This document shows, piece after piece, positions 40,590 through 51,457 of a stretch of DNA of 64,000 nt. The notes beneath the pieces are model-generated. The model ran no database searches and was not told where the DNA came from. It saw nothing but the letters and a program-made list of their open reading frames with translations. Position 1 is the first letter of the stretch, and every line of letters starts with the position of its first letter. The position numbers and the translations under genes were made by a program. The DNA is from an uncultured Candidatus Peribacteria bacterium (lineage in GTDB: Bacteria > Patescibacteriota > Gracilibacteria > Absconditabacterales > Absconditicoccaceae), in contig CAZIVH010000002.1 of the NCBI GenBank assembly GCA_964542965.1, positions 487 to 64,486 of the forward strand, read 5' to 3'.

Positions 40590-41549
40590 ATGAATAATCA
40601 GATCTACAATCTCATTTCCGATGCTACATTGAGCGACGAGCTTTCATTCTGTCTGAGGAATAGGACACTCGAACAGAAGTTTCTCTATCTCCAGAAAGGC
40701 GCAACAAAATATTACGATGTCGTCAATACCGATGCGGTCTATTATAGTGCATATCCGTATGAGCTTTTCGTAGATTTCGGGACAAAATATATTTTCTCCA
40801 AGACCAAAAAAATGGCTATCATCAGTCTCGGATGCGGGAATTCCGATATTGAATCCTACATATTCGAGCATCTAAACCACAAATATCACATCGATTACTA
40901 TGGCGTCGATTCGTCTAAGGATATGCTTGAGCTATCCATCCAAAGAATGAAAAGCATTACCAATATCGAAAAGAATTTTATCTGCGCCGATTTTTCAACC
41001 AATGAATTCAAGAGAGAATTGAGCCAACTAACCGCCAATGACGATATCAAGATCTTTACCTTCTTCAGTAATACGTTTGGGAACATAAATCCCAACAACA
41101 TCATAGATATTCTCTACAATCTTTTGAAATCGGGAGAAAAGATACGGCTTGATATCCGTTTGAGATCAGGAAAATCAACAAAAGAGAATCTGAAGGATTT
41201 TGAAAAATACTACAGCTATCTCTCCAACGAGGAGATGACCAATCTTTTCCTTGGACCCATCGAAAGCATGAACATCGATAAGGACTCAGGCGAATTTGCA
41301 CTCAAGACAACGAATATCGAGCCATTGGAAGCGATCAACTATCAATACAGTTTTGTTTTCAACAAGAAAGTCAGCGTTACCATCAAAAACGAAACAACGA
41401 CAATACTTCCTGGTGAAGAGCTTCAGATCGTAAATATCTGCACCTACGATCCTGATGGACTCATCAATTTCTTTGAAGGGCATAATTTCAAACTTATCCA
41501 AAAGTTCATCAAAGACTCCAGAGGACAATTTCTTTTTGAAAAAATTTAG
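40590..41549 (+). CDS. SAM-dependent methyltransferase, EgtD-like (histidine-N-alpha-methyltransferase family fold)
   Basis: Intact 319-aa ORF: ...YYDVVNTDAVYYSAYPYELF...IISLGCGNSDIES...YYGVDSSKDML...FFSNTFGNINP...; no TGA codon. Confidence 0.55.
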   Translation: MNNQIYNLISDATLSDELSFCLRNRTLEQKFLYLQKGATKYYDVVNTDAVYYSAYPYELFVDFGTKYIFSKTKKMAIISLGCGNSDIESYIFEHLNHKYHIDYYGVDSSKDMLELSIQRMKSITNIEKNFICADFSTNEFKRELSQLTANDDIKIFTFFSNTFGNINPNNIIDILYNLLKSGEKIRLDIRLRSGKSTKENLKDFEKYYSYLSNEEMTNLFLGPIESMNIDKDSGEFALKTTNIEPLEAINYQYSFVFNKKVSVTIKNETTTILPGEELQIVNICTYDPDGLINFFEGHNFKLIQKFIKDSRGQFLFEKI

Positions 41550-41592
41550 TATAAAAAAACCCCCTAAAACAGGAGGTAATGACATAAAAGCA

Positions 41593-42021
41593 CTAAAGTG
41601 TCTCTTCATGTTCTATTATACGATGATGTTTATCCTTGGTGCGATACTGAATTTTCGCTTGGCCCGAAGGGAAACACGTAATAGAGGTAAGTATGAAGAA
41701 TGCATTTTTTCTTCTGAGACAAACACCATTTTGCTGGAAAAACAAAGATAGTTCTTCAGCATCACGACGGTAAAGAAAACGCGAAATATCTTCCGACGAT
41801 ATCCTTTTGGTAGCATCATGCAAGACAGCAAGATCGCTTTCTTTGACTACTGCTCGATGATTTCGAGCAAATCTCTTCACATGAACATCGACTCTTTCAT
41901 TAATTTTTGAAAGATTCTTTTCATGTATCCTTTTTTGATACTCATCACCTGCAGAAACGCTTTTTTTGACAGGATCTTTTCGCTTAGTCCTTTTGAAGAA
42001 AGGGAAAAAATTGATTTTCAT
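41593..42021 (-). CDS. Hypothetical basic protein (142 aa)
   Basis: Intact ORF ending in TAG. No motif recognised. Confidence 0.45.
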   Translation of the reverse strand: MKINFFPFFKRTKRKDPVKKSVSAGDEYQKRIHEKNLSKINERVDVHVKRFARNHRAVVKESDLAVLHDATKRISSEDISRFLYRRDAEELSLFFQQNGVCLRRKNAFFILTSITCFPSGQAKIQYRTKDKHHRIIEHEETL

Positions 42022-42080
42022 AGGATTTTTGTTTTTTGGAGAGGTACATATACTCTTTTTTATATTATTGTCAATGTATT

Positions 42081-43253
42081 TTATTTTTGTCTCAATTCAT
42101 TGATCTTGGATCTGGTCTTTGGTCAGAGATACCCTCTCAAAGCAAGTGAATCCGAATCGGAAATCAGTCCGTATTGTTTTTGGAATGCATAGACAGCATC
42201 GGTTGTCGCTTTTGAATACACACCATCTATAGTTCAGCTATAGAGTCATTGCGACTGCAGAAATTTCTGGAGTATCTTAATCTCAGAACTTTGTTGTCAT
42301 TTACTATACGCTCTGTAGAACAAGAAAATTTTAGTTTGTTTAGTCTCGACAACCCCCTTTTCGTTTCCCTCAGACTTCGCTGAGGACAAGTTCCCCCTAT
42401 CAGGGGAACTCTCAGTGGGTTTGCCGTTATAGTACTGAGCTAATTCCAATAATGAAGCTATATCGCCTTTTTCATACAGATTTTTGGGAAGCAATCATTT
42501 TTCCTGTATATGGAGCTTCATCACATATCTCGTCATCTTCCCGAACTTCCCGCAATCCGGATTATTTCTCGAAACTATTTTTTTTGCCACTTGATAATTG
42601 CACAACGCCTTTTTGGTATGGATATCGAAGCTGCCATGCCGATATTGTTTATGAAGATAGCCTAGCTTATTGAGATATTTCTGCAATGTCCGTGTCCGAA
42701 TATCATTCCTTCCTTCTTCCAATTGCTGGATCCGCAGCGCTATATCGAAGAAATATTTCGGTAAATAGACTGCATTATTTTCTAGTCCCACCTTCGCATG
42801 TTTTATGGTATCGGCAGCTGTGCAATACCATCAGGTCATGGTCTTTTTCCCGAATGTCAGTGCTTTGATAAGCCCCTCTTCCCCTCTGCCCATTCGAATA
42901 TCGATACGATCTGCATTTTGCCCTTTCTCTCAAGAAAGCACTATTGCTCCTCCTCTATCCGCAATCTCTCCGACACCAACACCTGGAAAGTAAATAATCG
43001 ATCAAAACGCATATGTTTGGGGTCATGCAAGCATACCATTGAAAACTGGTTTGCCTGAGGCTCATGTATACCCCTCTCCGTTGAGCGTAACCTCATCTGC
43101 AAAACTTGATTTATAATAGAATATTTGATTGGGCATTGGAGAATAATATGCCGTCACCGTGAATAGCTTTTCCTCGCAACCGGAAAAATTGAAAGCGCTC
43201 GTGACGCTCACCCACGAAGAACAAAGAACCGTATACAATAGTCGTTTTTTCAT
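42081..43253 (-). CDS. Secreted cell-wall protein: 3D (MltA-like) domain plus two peptidoglycan-binding repeats
   Basis: Signal MKKRLLYTVLCSSWVSVTSA, then VTAYYSPMPNQ...TLNGEGYT-G-ASGKP...IADRGGAI (3D domain). LQKYLNKLGYL...FDIHTKKALCNYQ and LQKFLQSQ-G-LYS-G-TIDGVYSKATTDAVYAFQKQYGL are PG_binding_1-like. Three track ORFs joined; gaps checked; TAA 42081. Confidence 0.7.
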
Positions 43254-43430
43254 ATCTGCAATATGCTTTTTGGATTGATAATTACAAGCGTTTTTTTATA
43301 CTCTAGCCGTATTTACCACTTTCATCCTCATGCGAAAAAAACTCGAAAAGGATTTGAATAGCCGACTGATAGATTGGATTATCTGATGATCATATCTGTG
43401 AGATAATGGACAGAAATTTGCCGAAAAAAT

Positions 43431-43471
43431 AAAAAAAATCGGGCTAGAGGCATATACGCATATCCTAGCCC
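43431..43471 (-). terminator. Terminator downstream of pyk and repeat copy 3
   Basis: rc GGGCTAGG...CCTCTAGCCC followed by GATTTTTTTT. Confidence 0.45.
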
Positions 43472-43500
43472 AATACGAAAGGTTCAAGGAACGATATAGG

Positions 43501-43630
43501 AATTAATGAACAATGAATAATTAATAATGAATAATGTTGGTTGTATCTTCTTATGGACTATTGTAATTTATAATAATCCATCAAAAGACATTCCGTCATT
43601 ATTCATTTTTCATTTTTAATTATTAATTTT
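43501..43630 (+). repeat. Intergenic core + heptad-arm element, copy 3 (core 43536-43595)
   Basis: Arm AATTAAT/GAACAAT/GAATAAT/TAATAAT/GAATAAT. Core GTTGGTTGTATCTTCTTATGGACTATTGTAATTTATAATAATCCATC with a 12-bp hairpin ATGGACTATTGT / ATAATAATCCAT. Arm CATTATT/CATTTTT/CATTTTT/AATTATT abuts the pyk stop. Confidence 0.65.
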
Positions 43631-44633
43631 ATTTATATTTCTGGGCTTCGCTTATCACTTTGTTCATCACTTTGAGGCATTCGATAGGATATTTTCCCAC
43701 TGCAGTCTCTCATGAAAGCATAACATATTCAGCACCTTCACGCACCGCATAAAAAATATCGCTCACTTCCGCTCTTGTAGGCACTGGATTGGAAATCATG
43801 GATTCCAACATCTGTGTCGCTACGATCACGGGAGTGTTTTTTATCTTACACCTTTTGATAATTTCCATCTGATAAAACGGTATTGTCTCTACGGGCAACT
43901 CAGCTCAGAGATCGCCTCTAGCAACCATGACCATATCGCTCGCATCTATAATATCCTCCAAATGGTCTATCCCTTCATGATTCTCTATCTTGGCGATAAT
44001 CTTCACTCCTTTTGCCGATATGTTTTTTAGATATCCCCTCAACTGTTCGATATCTTTCTTACTTCTCGTGAAACTTACGGCTATGTGAGAAAACCTGTTT
44101 TTGATAGCAAATGCGACATCCGATAAATCCGATTCTCCTAAGGTCGGCAATTTGTAATGCACTCCTGGCGTGTTGATATGTCTTCTTGATCATACGGTGA
44201 ACGATGTCAACGCTTCTACAACTAAACTTTCTGATCATTTTTCCACAACCTTTACATCGAACAACCCAGAATCGATCTTGATGATTGTCCCTATCTTTGC
44301 GTCCTTGATCAGTGGTGCATAATCACAGAGCAAATCACGATCTCCTCTTTTGCTCTCTTTGGATACTATCCTAAATTTTTCTCAAACTTCATAAGCAATG
44401 GGCTTTTCAAGGATTCACGTCCTTACCTGCGGTCATGCCGTATCTATCAATAACTCGAATTTCCCTCCAATTTTTTTTTCTGCCTGACGGATTGTTGTGA
44501 GATCTCTTGCAACTGTTGTCTGCGTATAATGAGGAAAATTAAACCTCAATATCCTGACGCCGTTTTTGTAGCATTCGATCAATTGATCCTCCGTATTCGT
44601 CGCTGGTCCTATTGTCATTACAATACCCGTCAT
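43629..44633 (-). CDS. pyk: Pyruvate kinase, short form (334 aa; A and B domains, no C-terminal domain)
   Basis: ...LLIDTA-[TGA 44433-44435]-PQVRT-[TGA]-ILE matches DTKGPEIRTG. ...MVARGDL-G-AELP..., ...VIVATQMLESMISNPVPTRAEVSDIFYAV..., ...MLS-G-ETAVGKYP... Ends 20 aa after the GETA motif. Confidence 0.85.
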
Positions 44634-44678
44634 AGACTACATTAATAAATAAAGCTTAACATTTAGTATTCAACATTG

Positions 44679-46202
44679 TTATTTTACCGTATACATCTTT
44701 TTCTCTCCCAACAATTCCTTCGCCAATCTAATTTTACTTTCATCATTTGCATACATCGTATAGATTACTTCACCTTTTTTGACTGTATCGCCAAGTTTCT
44801 TATGAAGATATAATCCTGCCTGGAGATCCAATGGAGATCCCAATGTCCTTGCCGTAAGATTAACGACTTTCATATCGATATCCTTCACTTTCCCATTCTT
44901 CTCTGCATGAATATCATGCTGTATATCTGCCAATTCCAGTCCTTCAGATTTTACGTTAGGATTGCCATGCTGTGCTTTGATGATTTTTTGCATCATTGTT
45001 CGCGCCTTTCCTGAAACCAATTGCCCATATGCTAATTTCTCCGCCTCTTTGCCTTTTGCCTTGCCTACCATCTCTATGATTTTTGCACACAGATGTATAG
45101 CTTTTTTTTCTAGATCCATAGGTCTATCAGGATGCTGTTGCAACACCCTCAACACTTCTCTCACCTGCAAAACCGCTCCGATACCCGCACCAATAGGTTG
45201 CAATGCATCGGTAATCTCTACGGTCATTTTCATGCCGAGTTTCTTACCCACATATTCGTATTTTTGCTTAAGCCGTTTTGCGGTTTTCATATCAGGCACC
45301 TTGGCGCTTGGACCAACAGGGATATCGATCAATGAATGGTTGATGCCCATCGCATATTTTTTTGCCATGATGCTCACAATAGTCCTAGAGTAGGATTGCA
45401 TAGACAGCGGATATGCTACTTTGATGAGTTTTTCATCTGCAGGAGCGAGGTCCAATCCTCCACCCCAAACCAAACAGCAATTATTTTTCTTCACTAGCGC
45501 TTCGATCTCTTTTTTACTGAACGATATATCCATAAGCACACTTACGCATTCACCGGTAGCAGCCGGCGTCGTAATAGCTTTGGAAAATGTCTTTGGCATC
45601 TTGATGCCCAATGAGGTAAGCAACGGGATCATGATCATTGTTGTCTCATTCCCCGGCACTCCTCACATGCAATGTTTATCCGCTACTATACCTGGGAAAT
45701 GAAGCATTTCCCCCGTCTCAGCCATCGCTTTTGCCATCCGATAGAGATCCTCATCTTTGGAAGGATAAAAGAATCCCATCGCAGAGAAATACGTCGTCAA
45801 GATATCAGTGAATCTATTGTTTGAGATATCTTGCATGATTGCTTTAATCTCCTTTTGATTGAGTCTTTTGCCTGTCAATCATTTCTTGAGCGCGTCCAAC
45901 GATTCAGGCGTATTCTTGGTATATGATACTGTTACGAGTTGTCCTGGCTTGATTTCGTATTTTTCTTGGATATCCCTAAAAATACCTATTTCTCAGCGTT
46001 GCACGATTTTGGAGGTAAGATTGGCATCAAAGACAAATTCCTTGTCATCATAAATCAGCGCTACCTTGTCCATACTCGTGATGCCATGTTCCCAAGCATC
46101 TTGTTCATTGACAAGGACAACTAGATCCTCTCCTTCATGGATATCGATAATCCTTGTCCTCGCAGCAAATAAATCTTTTTTTGTCTTTTTTGTTTTGTTC
46201 AT
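44679..46202 (-). CDS. deoA: AMP phosphorylase (archaeal-type thymidine-phosphorylase family with N-terminal extension)
   Basis: Track ORFs 44679-45659, 45663-45878 and 45993-46202 share a frame; gaps checked. 507 aa with ...DKHCM-G-GVPGNETTMI... and ...CCLVWGGGLDLAPADEKLI... Confidence 0.8.
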
Positions 46203-46228
46203 ATGGGTATATTCATCAAAATAAAATA

Positions 46229-46495
46229 TTATCCAACTAGATCTTCGAGTTCTCTATCATCAAGATAGAAGATAATCAATCACACTATCAATGAAACGAT
46301 CATGCTCCATACGGGGTGATTTGGAAACAAATACATATCTGACAATCACCGTATACCTCTTCGGATAAGTACAACCGCCACTACCATCAACAGCATATAC
46401 ATATTCTTCTTGGTCTTCTTCCGTTGAGAGAAACGAAAACGCACATGCTGAATATGCTTCTTCACAACATTTTTATGCAATGACGCTGTTTTCAT
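46229..46495 (-). CDS. Small membrane protein (88 aa), speculative
   Basis: MKTASLHKNVVKKHIQHVRFRFSQRKKTKKNMYMLLMVVAVVLIRRGIR-G-LSDMYLFPNHPVWSMIVSLIV-G-LIIFYLDDRELEDLVG. Read codon by codon. Lies between RuBisCO and AMP phosphorylase. Confidence 0.35.
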
Positions 46496-46528
46496 CTTCT
46501 TATAGCATATCAAATAAATAAAGAACGG

Positions 46529-47953
46529 TTATTTCTTTCTCTTTTCAAAGAATTCAATCGCCTGAGCTAATTCTTCGTGATCCTTTGCATATTCATGGAT
46601 ATCAATCCCTTTCTGATATGCCTCGCAAGCTTGCACTAGTGCTGTCGCTCCTTTTCTGGTTCCACCCGGATGCGCATGACATCCCGCTCCCATCGTCGTA
46701 ATAAAATCAACATTTCCCATCACATCGATAAATGGTTTGAGCAAAGTAGGATTGAGCCCTCCGGAAATAATCGGCGCACATTTCTTAATCCCTCTCCATG
46801 AGTCATCTTGCAATACTGCATGATGCGCTATATCTTTTTGGATATCTTGTACGAAATTCTCATCGGCTTCAGGGATTGTTCCCCATGATTGATGAAACAT
46901 ATGTCCATCAGCTACGAGATTCAAGATATTATGTGCAGCGGTCACATCCTCTTCAGGCGATCCTGCCATTTTCCCCACACCAGCAGTACCGGTATGGATA
47001 CCTGATGTTCCTGCCAACCTTGCAAATTTAGACAGCACCAATACCGTATATCCGATAGGATTTTCCGGTCTTGTGAAAGCACCATGTCCTGCTCTATGAA
47101 AATGGATGAAAACATCAGGATATTTTCTTCTCAAGGTTTGCACTGCCATCCATCCTGCTGTTGTTCCATCGATAAGGAACGCATATGAACCCTTTTCCAT
47201 GCCGGAGTTGACGATCATTTCACATCTCTTGATCATAGTATCGTAATCAGCTGCAGAGACATTGAACGAGTGAACTTTTTTTTGGCCGGTCTCTTTGACT
47301 GCCTTATCCATAGCTTCTTTGACATTCTTCACCATCTTGTCGTACGGACAAAAATCCTGGTCAGCCTGCGGTTCATCGTTTTTGACAAAATCGCCGCCGC
47401 CTACTCGGAAATCATAGGCTACTTCAGCATATTCCGCTGAGGTAAGTCCCATCTTTGGCTTCACGATAGTTCCCAAGATAGGTCTATCGTAAACATTGAG
47501 ATATTTTCTCATATCGTCCAAGGTATAGCTTGGACCATCGTATTGTTCAAGCATAGCAGGCGGGAATCGTACATCCAGCAGTTTCAATGCTTTTATCTCT
47601 TTCATCCCGAAAATATTTCACGCGATATAGGTCATGATATTCTGTACATTCCCTCACCTATCCCGAAGTCTCCGAGGATACGCGATCCACACAATATTTT
47701 TCTCCATATCCACTTTGTATACGAGAGAATTCATCTCACGTGCAAAAGGCGTTTCCGTCTTGACGGCAAAATTCGTCCCTGTGGAAGATTCTGCAGATAC
47801 TTCACATGCTGCCTGGAGAATATTGAGATTCCCGCCTGGTAATAAGTGAAATGCACAAAGCATATATTCACCATTCTCTGGATCCTTGAGATCTAAGTTT
47901 ACATAGGCTAACTGATGTTCATTGAGCGTAGGTAAGAGTTCTTTAATGTCCAT
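46529..47953 (-). CDS. rbcL: RuBisCO large subunit, form II/III type (474 aa)
   Basis: Track ORFs 46529-47605 and 47654-47953 joined through 2 TGA: ...RDR-G-GNVQNIMTYIA-[TGA 47618-47620]-NIFGMKE... Form-II-like active-site block GGGDFVKNDEPQ. ...HFHRAGHGAF..., ...ISGGLNP... Confidence 0.9.
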
Positions 47954-48023
47954 TTTTGTTTATGTTTATAGAAGATAAAAAGGCTTTTTATAATTATATA
48001 TTCTTTATACTTTTTTGTCAAAT

Positions 48024-50354
48024 CTAGGTGATAGCATCTTCTTGGAAAGCGTTTTCTACATCTGGCAACGCTTCACTCTTATCTATAAATTCATTGAATG
48101 CTAATTGCATATCCGTCCTTTCTAGATAAGATTGGTCTGTACTTATCTCCTGCGTCAATTGATAGCTGAATTTCTCTAATGTCATAGGTTCGATTATAGG
48201 ACGCGCATAGGAATTGTTTTTGAATATAGAGAAGAACCTTGCGTAGGTCTGTAGATATCCATAAGGTTGATCAGCATTCTTCTCTTGAGCAACAATGGTT
48301 TTGTCCATATTTTCCTGAGCATCTTTTGTCATCATAGTTATATTCTCCGTATGCTTATGATCAGTCTGTCCCAACAATCATAGTGCATATCTAGCATCGT
48401 TCGTTCATGCTTTGGACAGGTTGATCATATAGTTTTTTTTCTTCTGTCCCATATCCTGGATACTTTTCCTAAAAGACTCAAGCTGGGCTATCCCATATTC
48501 TCTGAGACTAGCATCTATCAAACTCAGCATTGCGTATACCTCTGCATTGTTTGCCGAAGAAAACGTCTGATTTGGCATCGCTTCAATATCCTGTTCCATG
48601 AAAGTGAATATTTCCTGTACTGCCATATCCTTCATGATATTCCTTTTGAATCGCATTTTTTCCGTCTCCATATTGAAATTTCATGATTTTTTGACAGTTT
48701 CATTCAATGCGCTTGCGACATTTTCTTTGTATTCCTCTACATCATCAGCATTTTCCACTAATTCTTTGTAATCAAGCGATTTCGCACCTATAATGAAATC
48801 ATCGAATGCTGGCAATTGTATGTCAGGGATTTCCATTTTCCCGTTTTTAGGATCTTTGATAAAGAACGGTCCGTTGATTTTTTCTCTTTTCATGAATACT
48901 TCCTGTTCGAGCTTCCCTGTCGTTAAGTTGTAATATAGTTTCAAATTTTTCCCATTCATTTTTCCATCGATATTCAGGATAATATCCTCGCCTTTTTTTT
49001 CAACAAGATCGTTTTCTTCTGATTTTGCACGTCTAAATTGTTCTAATACATTTTCTTCTGTAGATAGATCTATATCCATATACGTTTTCAAAACATCCAA
49101 ACAACTGGTCACCGCTTGTTCTTCAACCGTCTTTTTCGTTTCTTTCATCAAATCATCTTCCGCTCATGATTTTTTGTTCTTTATCTCCATAAGTTTCTGC
49201 AATTTTTCTTTTTCTTTGTCTGTCGGATTCTTGATCTTCATCAATTCCTGTATCTGAGGATCTTCTTGTATAGATGCATCCAATGTCGGATAGAGTTTTC
49301 TCATGCTTTCGTAATATGCAAGGTCTTTTTTTTCATCGCTAACGAGTTGCATGTCCATATATTTATCGAAATACGATTGTACATCCTTATGCTGGACGAC
49401 TTCATTCTTCACTTCATCCATAGGAGATGCCGTCACTTTCTCTGTATACTCCACTACCATGTTTTTCACTTTTTCATAGAGTTCTCACCATGTCTCTTTC
49501 AAAAATTCACCCAACCCGACCGATTCATTATACTCATAATATCTTTTGACCAATGCATCATATTTTTGCTGTTCTTCCTTGGTCATTTTCTCTCTCAAAC
49601 CATTCTTTTCGATAAGTAGCATATCCTGTTCAAGTCCCATAGCCTTATAGATATCCTCTCTATTCCCATATGTTTTATTCAACGCGTTTTTTTCTTCCTG
49701 GGATTTTTTTTCATACGCTATTTGCATATTTTCATTTGTAGACCGCGCTATATTAGGATAATTAGCTTTTATCGTTTCGAAATCTTTAGCAAATTTTTCT
49801 AGCTGGATTCCGTTAGCGATCTGTTCCATTGTCGGATACGCATTCACATTATTCGATGAATTGCTGACTATATTTTTCCCTTTTTCTGCTTGCTGTATAA
49901 TATAAAATCTCAGCCCATCATCTGATACATCATTCAATTTTTTCTTATCCCCATCTTCCAATCCGTTCATATATGACGAAAACGTTTCGTATTTTGCACC
50001 AGGACCCACAAGCTCTTTTATGATTGCCTGTTTGTTTGAGCTAAAACCACTCAATGCTTTGTCCTGTAATCATCAGAGATCAATTTTTTCACCTTTTTCT
50101 ATTTTTGCGGCAACCAATTCACGCATAGCTATATTGTATTTTATATGCGTGTTTTTATCTGTTCAGTTTTTATATGCGTTCAATGCTTTATTGTATTCCT
50201 CTTTTGAGCATACTCCCAATGCTTGCGCTACATATGGCGCGACTTTTTTTCGATCATATCACATATCAGAGATCATCGTATACAATGTTTTCCCTTTTAT
50301 TTTCCCTGTTTCTATATTTCATTTATCGCTATTTTGCCCTTCTGTTCGTTCCAT
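48024..50354 (-). CDS. Large hypothetical protein (776 aa) embedded in the AMP-salvage cluster
   Basis: Track ORFs 48024-48377, 48405-48671, 48681-49151, 49164-49469 and 49485-50054 share one frame. All junctions are TGA. Frame followed upstream to ATG 50354, just after an in-frame TAA. TAG stop at 48024. Lys/Glu-rich, no motif recognised. Confidence 0.65.
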
Positions 50355-50376
50355 GATGAACAATGGTAAATAAAGA

Positions 50377-51318
50377 TTATTTTATCATTCGAGGATAATG
50401 CTTTTTTACTTCTTTTTTTATATCTTTGGGTTTAATGACACCATATTCGGTGATAATTCCGGTAATGAATTTTGCAGGAACGATATCAAATGCGTAGTTC
50501 ACGATTTCTAGTTCTTTCGGAGCATCTGGTCGGAGTTCCTTGCCAGACCTTTGTTCTATCTTGATAGTATTTTCGGCATCTACCTTGAGCAATGATCATG
50601 CGATGTACACAGGAATTTTGGAATGCCAAGCTGCTAATGCTATAGCGAAACTGCCGATTTTATTGAATACATCACCATAAAGAGAAATAGCATCCGATCC
50701 TATGATGACCATATCGATATCCACATCTGATGCGTAGAGATTGTCAACGAAAAACGGTGCAGCCCCATCAACGATCATCGTATTGGGCACTTTTGCTTTG
50801 AGCAGATCCAATGAGGTCTTTCTTCCCTGATACAAAGGCCTTGTCTCCGTATTGTATACATAGATATTTTTCTTTTCTTTGTTATGCGCTTGTACAAGGA
50901 TTTTAATCACCGATCCACTGTGGCAGTGTGTCATGATATTCATGCGTTTCTTGATAAGCTTTGCTCCAATCAATGGCCTTAACGCCTCTTCTGTCTCTAT
51001 ATCTTGAATATAGGATTTACAAGCTTTGTATAATTTTTCTTGGATAGTCTTGATGTCGCTCTTGTTTTTGAGCAATGCCTTGTATTCGAAGAGACAATCC
51101 TTGATTCCATTGAACAACATCGGCTCGGTATCCCTAGATGTTTTGAGCAACACTATGGCCTGTTTGAAAAACGTATCGAATTCCTTGAGATCTTTGAACT
51201 TTTGTCTTTTGATCTCTTTGGCAAGGATATCTATCCCTGCTTTGGCGATATTCGTCGCTCACTGGATCTTGATACTCTTGATATCTTCAGCAACCGCCTT
51301 GATAGGAGTGAGATTCAT
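50377..51318 (-). CDS. e2b2: Ribose-1,5-bisphosphate isomerase (eIF-2B alpha/beta/delta-like)
   Basis: MNLTPIKAVAEDIKSIKIQ-[TGA 51259-51261]-ATNIAKAGIDILA... (the RGA..IA motif), ...MTHCHSGSV..., ...VIIGSDAISLYGDVFNKIGSF... Track ORFs 50377-50592 and 50596-51153 joined. Confidence 0.8.
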
Positions 51319-51320
51319 CA

Positions 51321-51457
51321 TTAGAAATAAATTAAGAATTAAAAATTAATAATGAATAATGTCGGTATTGTTTTATTATCGCCTATTGTAATATACGATA
51401 CTCCATTTCAGCGAATCTTTCATTTTTCATTGTTCATTATTCATCGTTCATTAAAAG
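51321..51457 (+). repeat. Intergenic core + heptad-arm element, copy 4 (core 51361-51417); fills the whole spacer
   Basis: Arm ...TTAAGAA/TTAAAAA/TTAATAA/TGAATAA. Core GTCGGTATTGTTTTATTATCGCCTATTGTAATATACGATACTCC (hairpin TATTGTA ata TACGATA with a G.U pair). Arm TTCATTT/TTCATTG/TTCATTA/TTCATCG/TTCATTA. Confidence 0.65.

Noticed and set aside
43296-43487. Track ORF (63 aa, minus strand) between the 3D-domain gene and repeat copy 3.
   Set aside because: It overlaps a terminator hairpin and the upstream region of the 3D-domain gene, has low-complexity hydrophobic sequence, and has no support.
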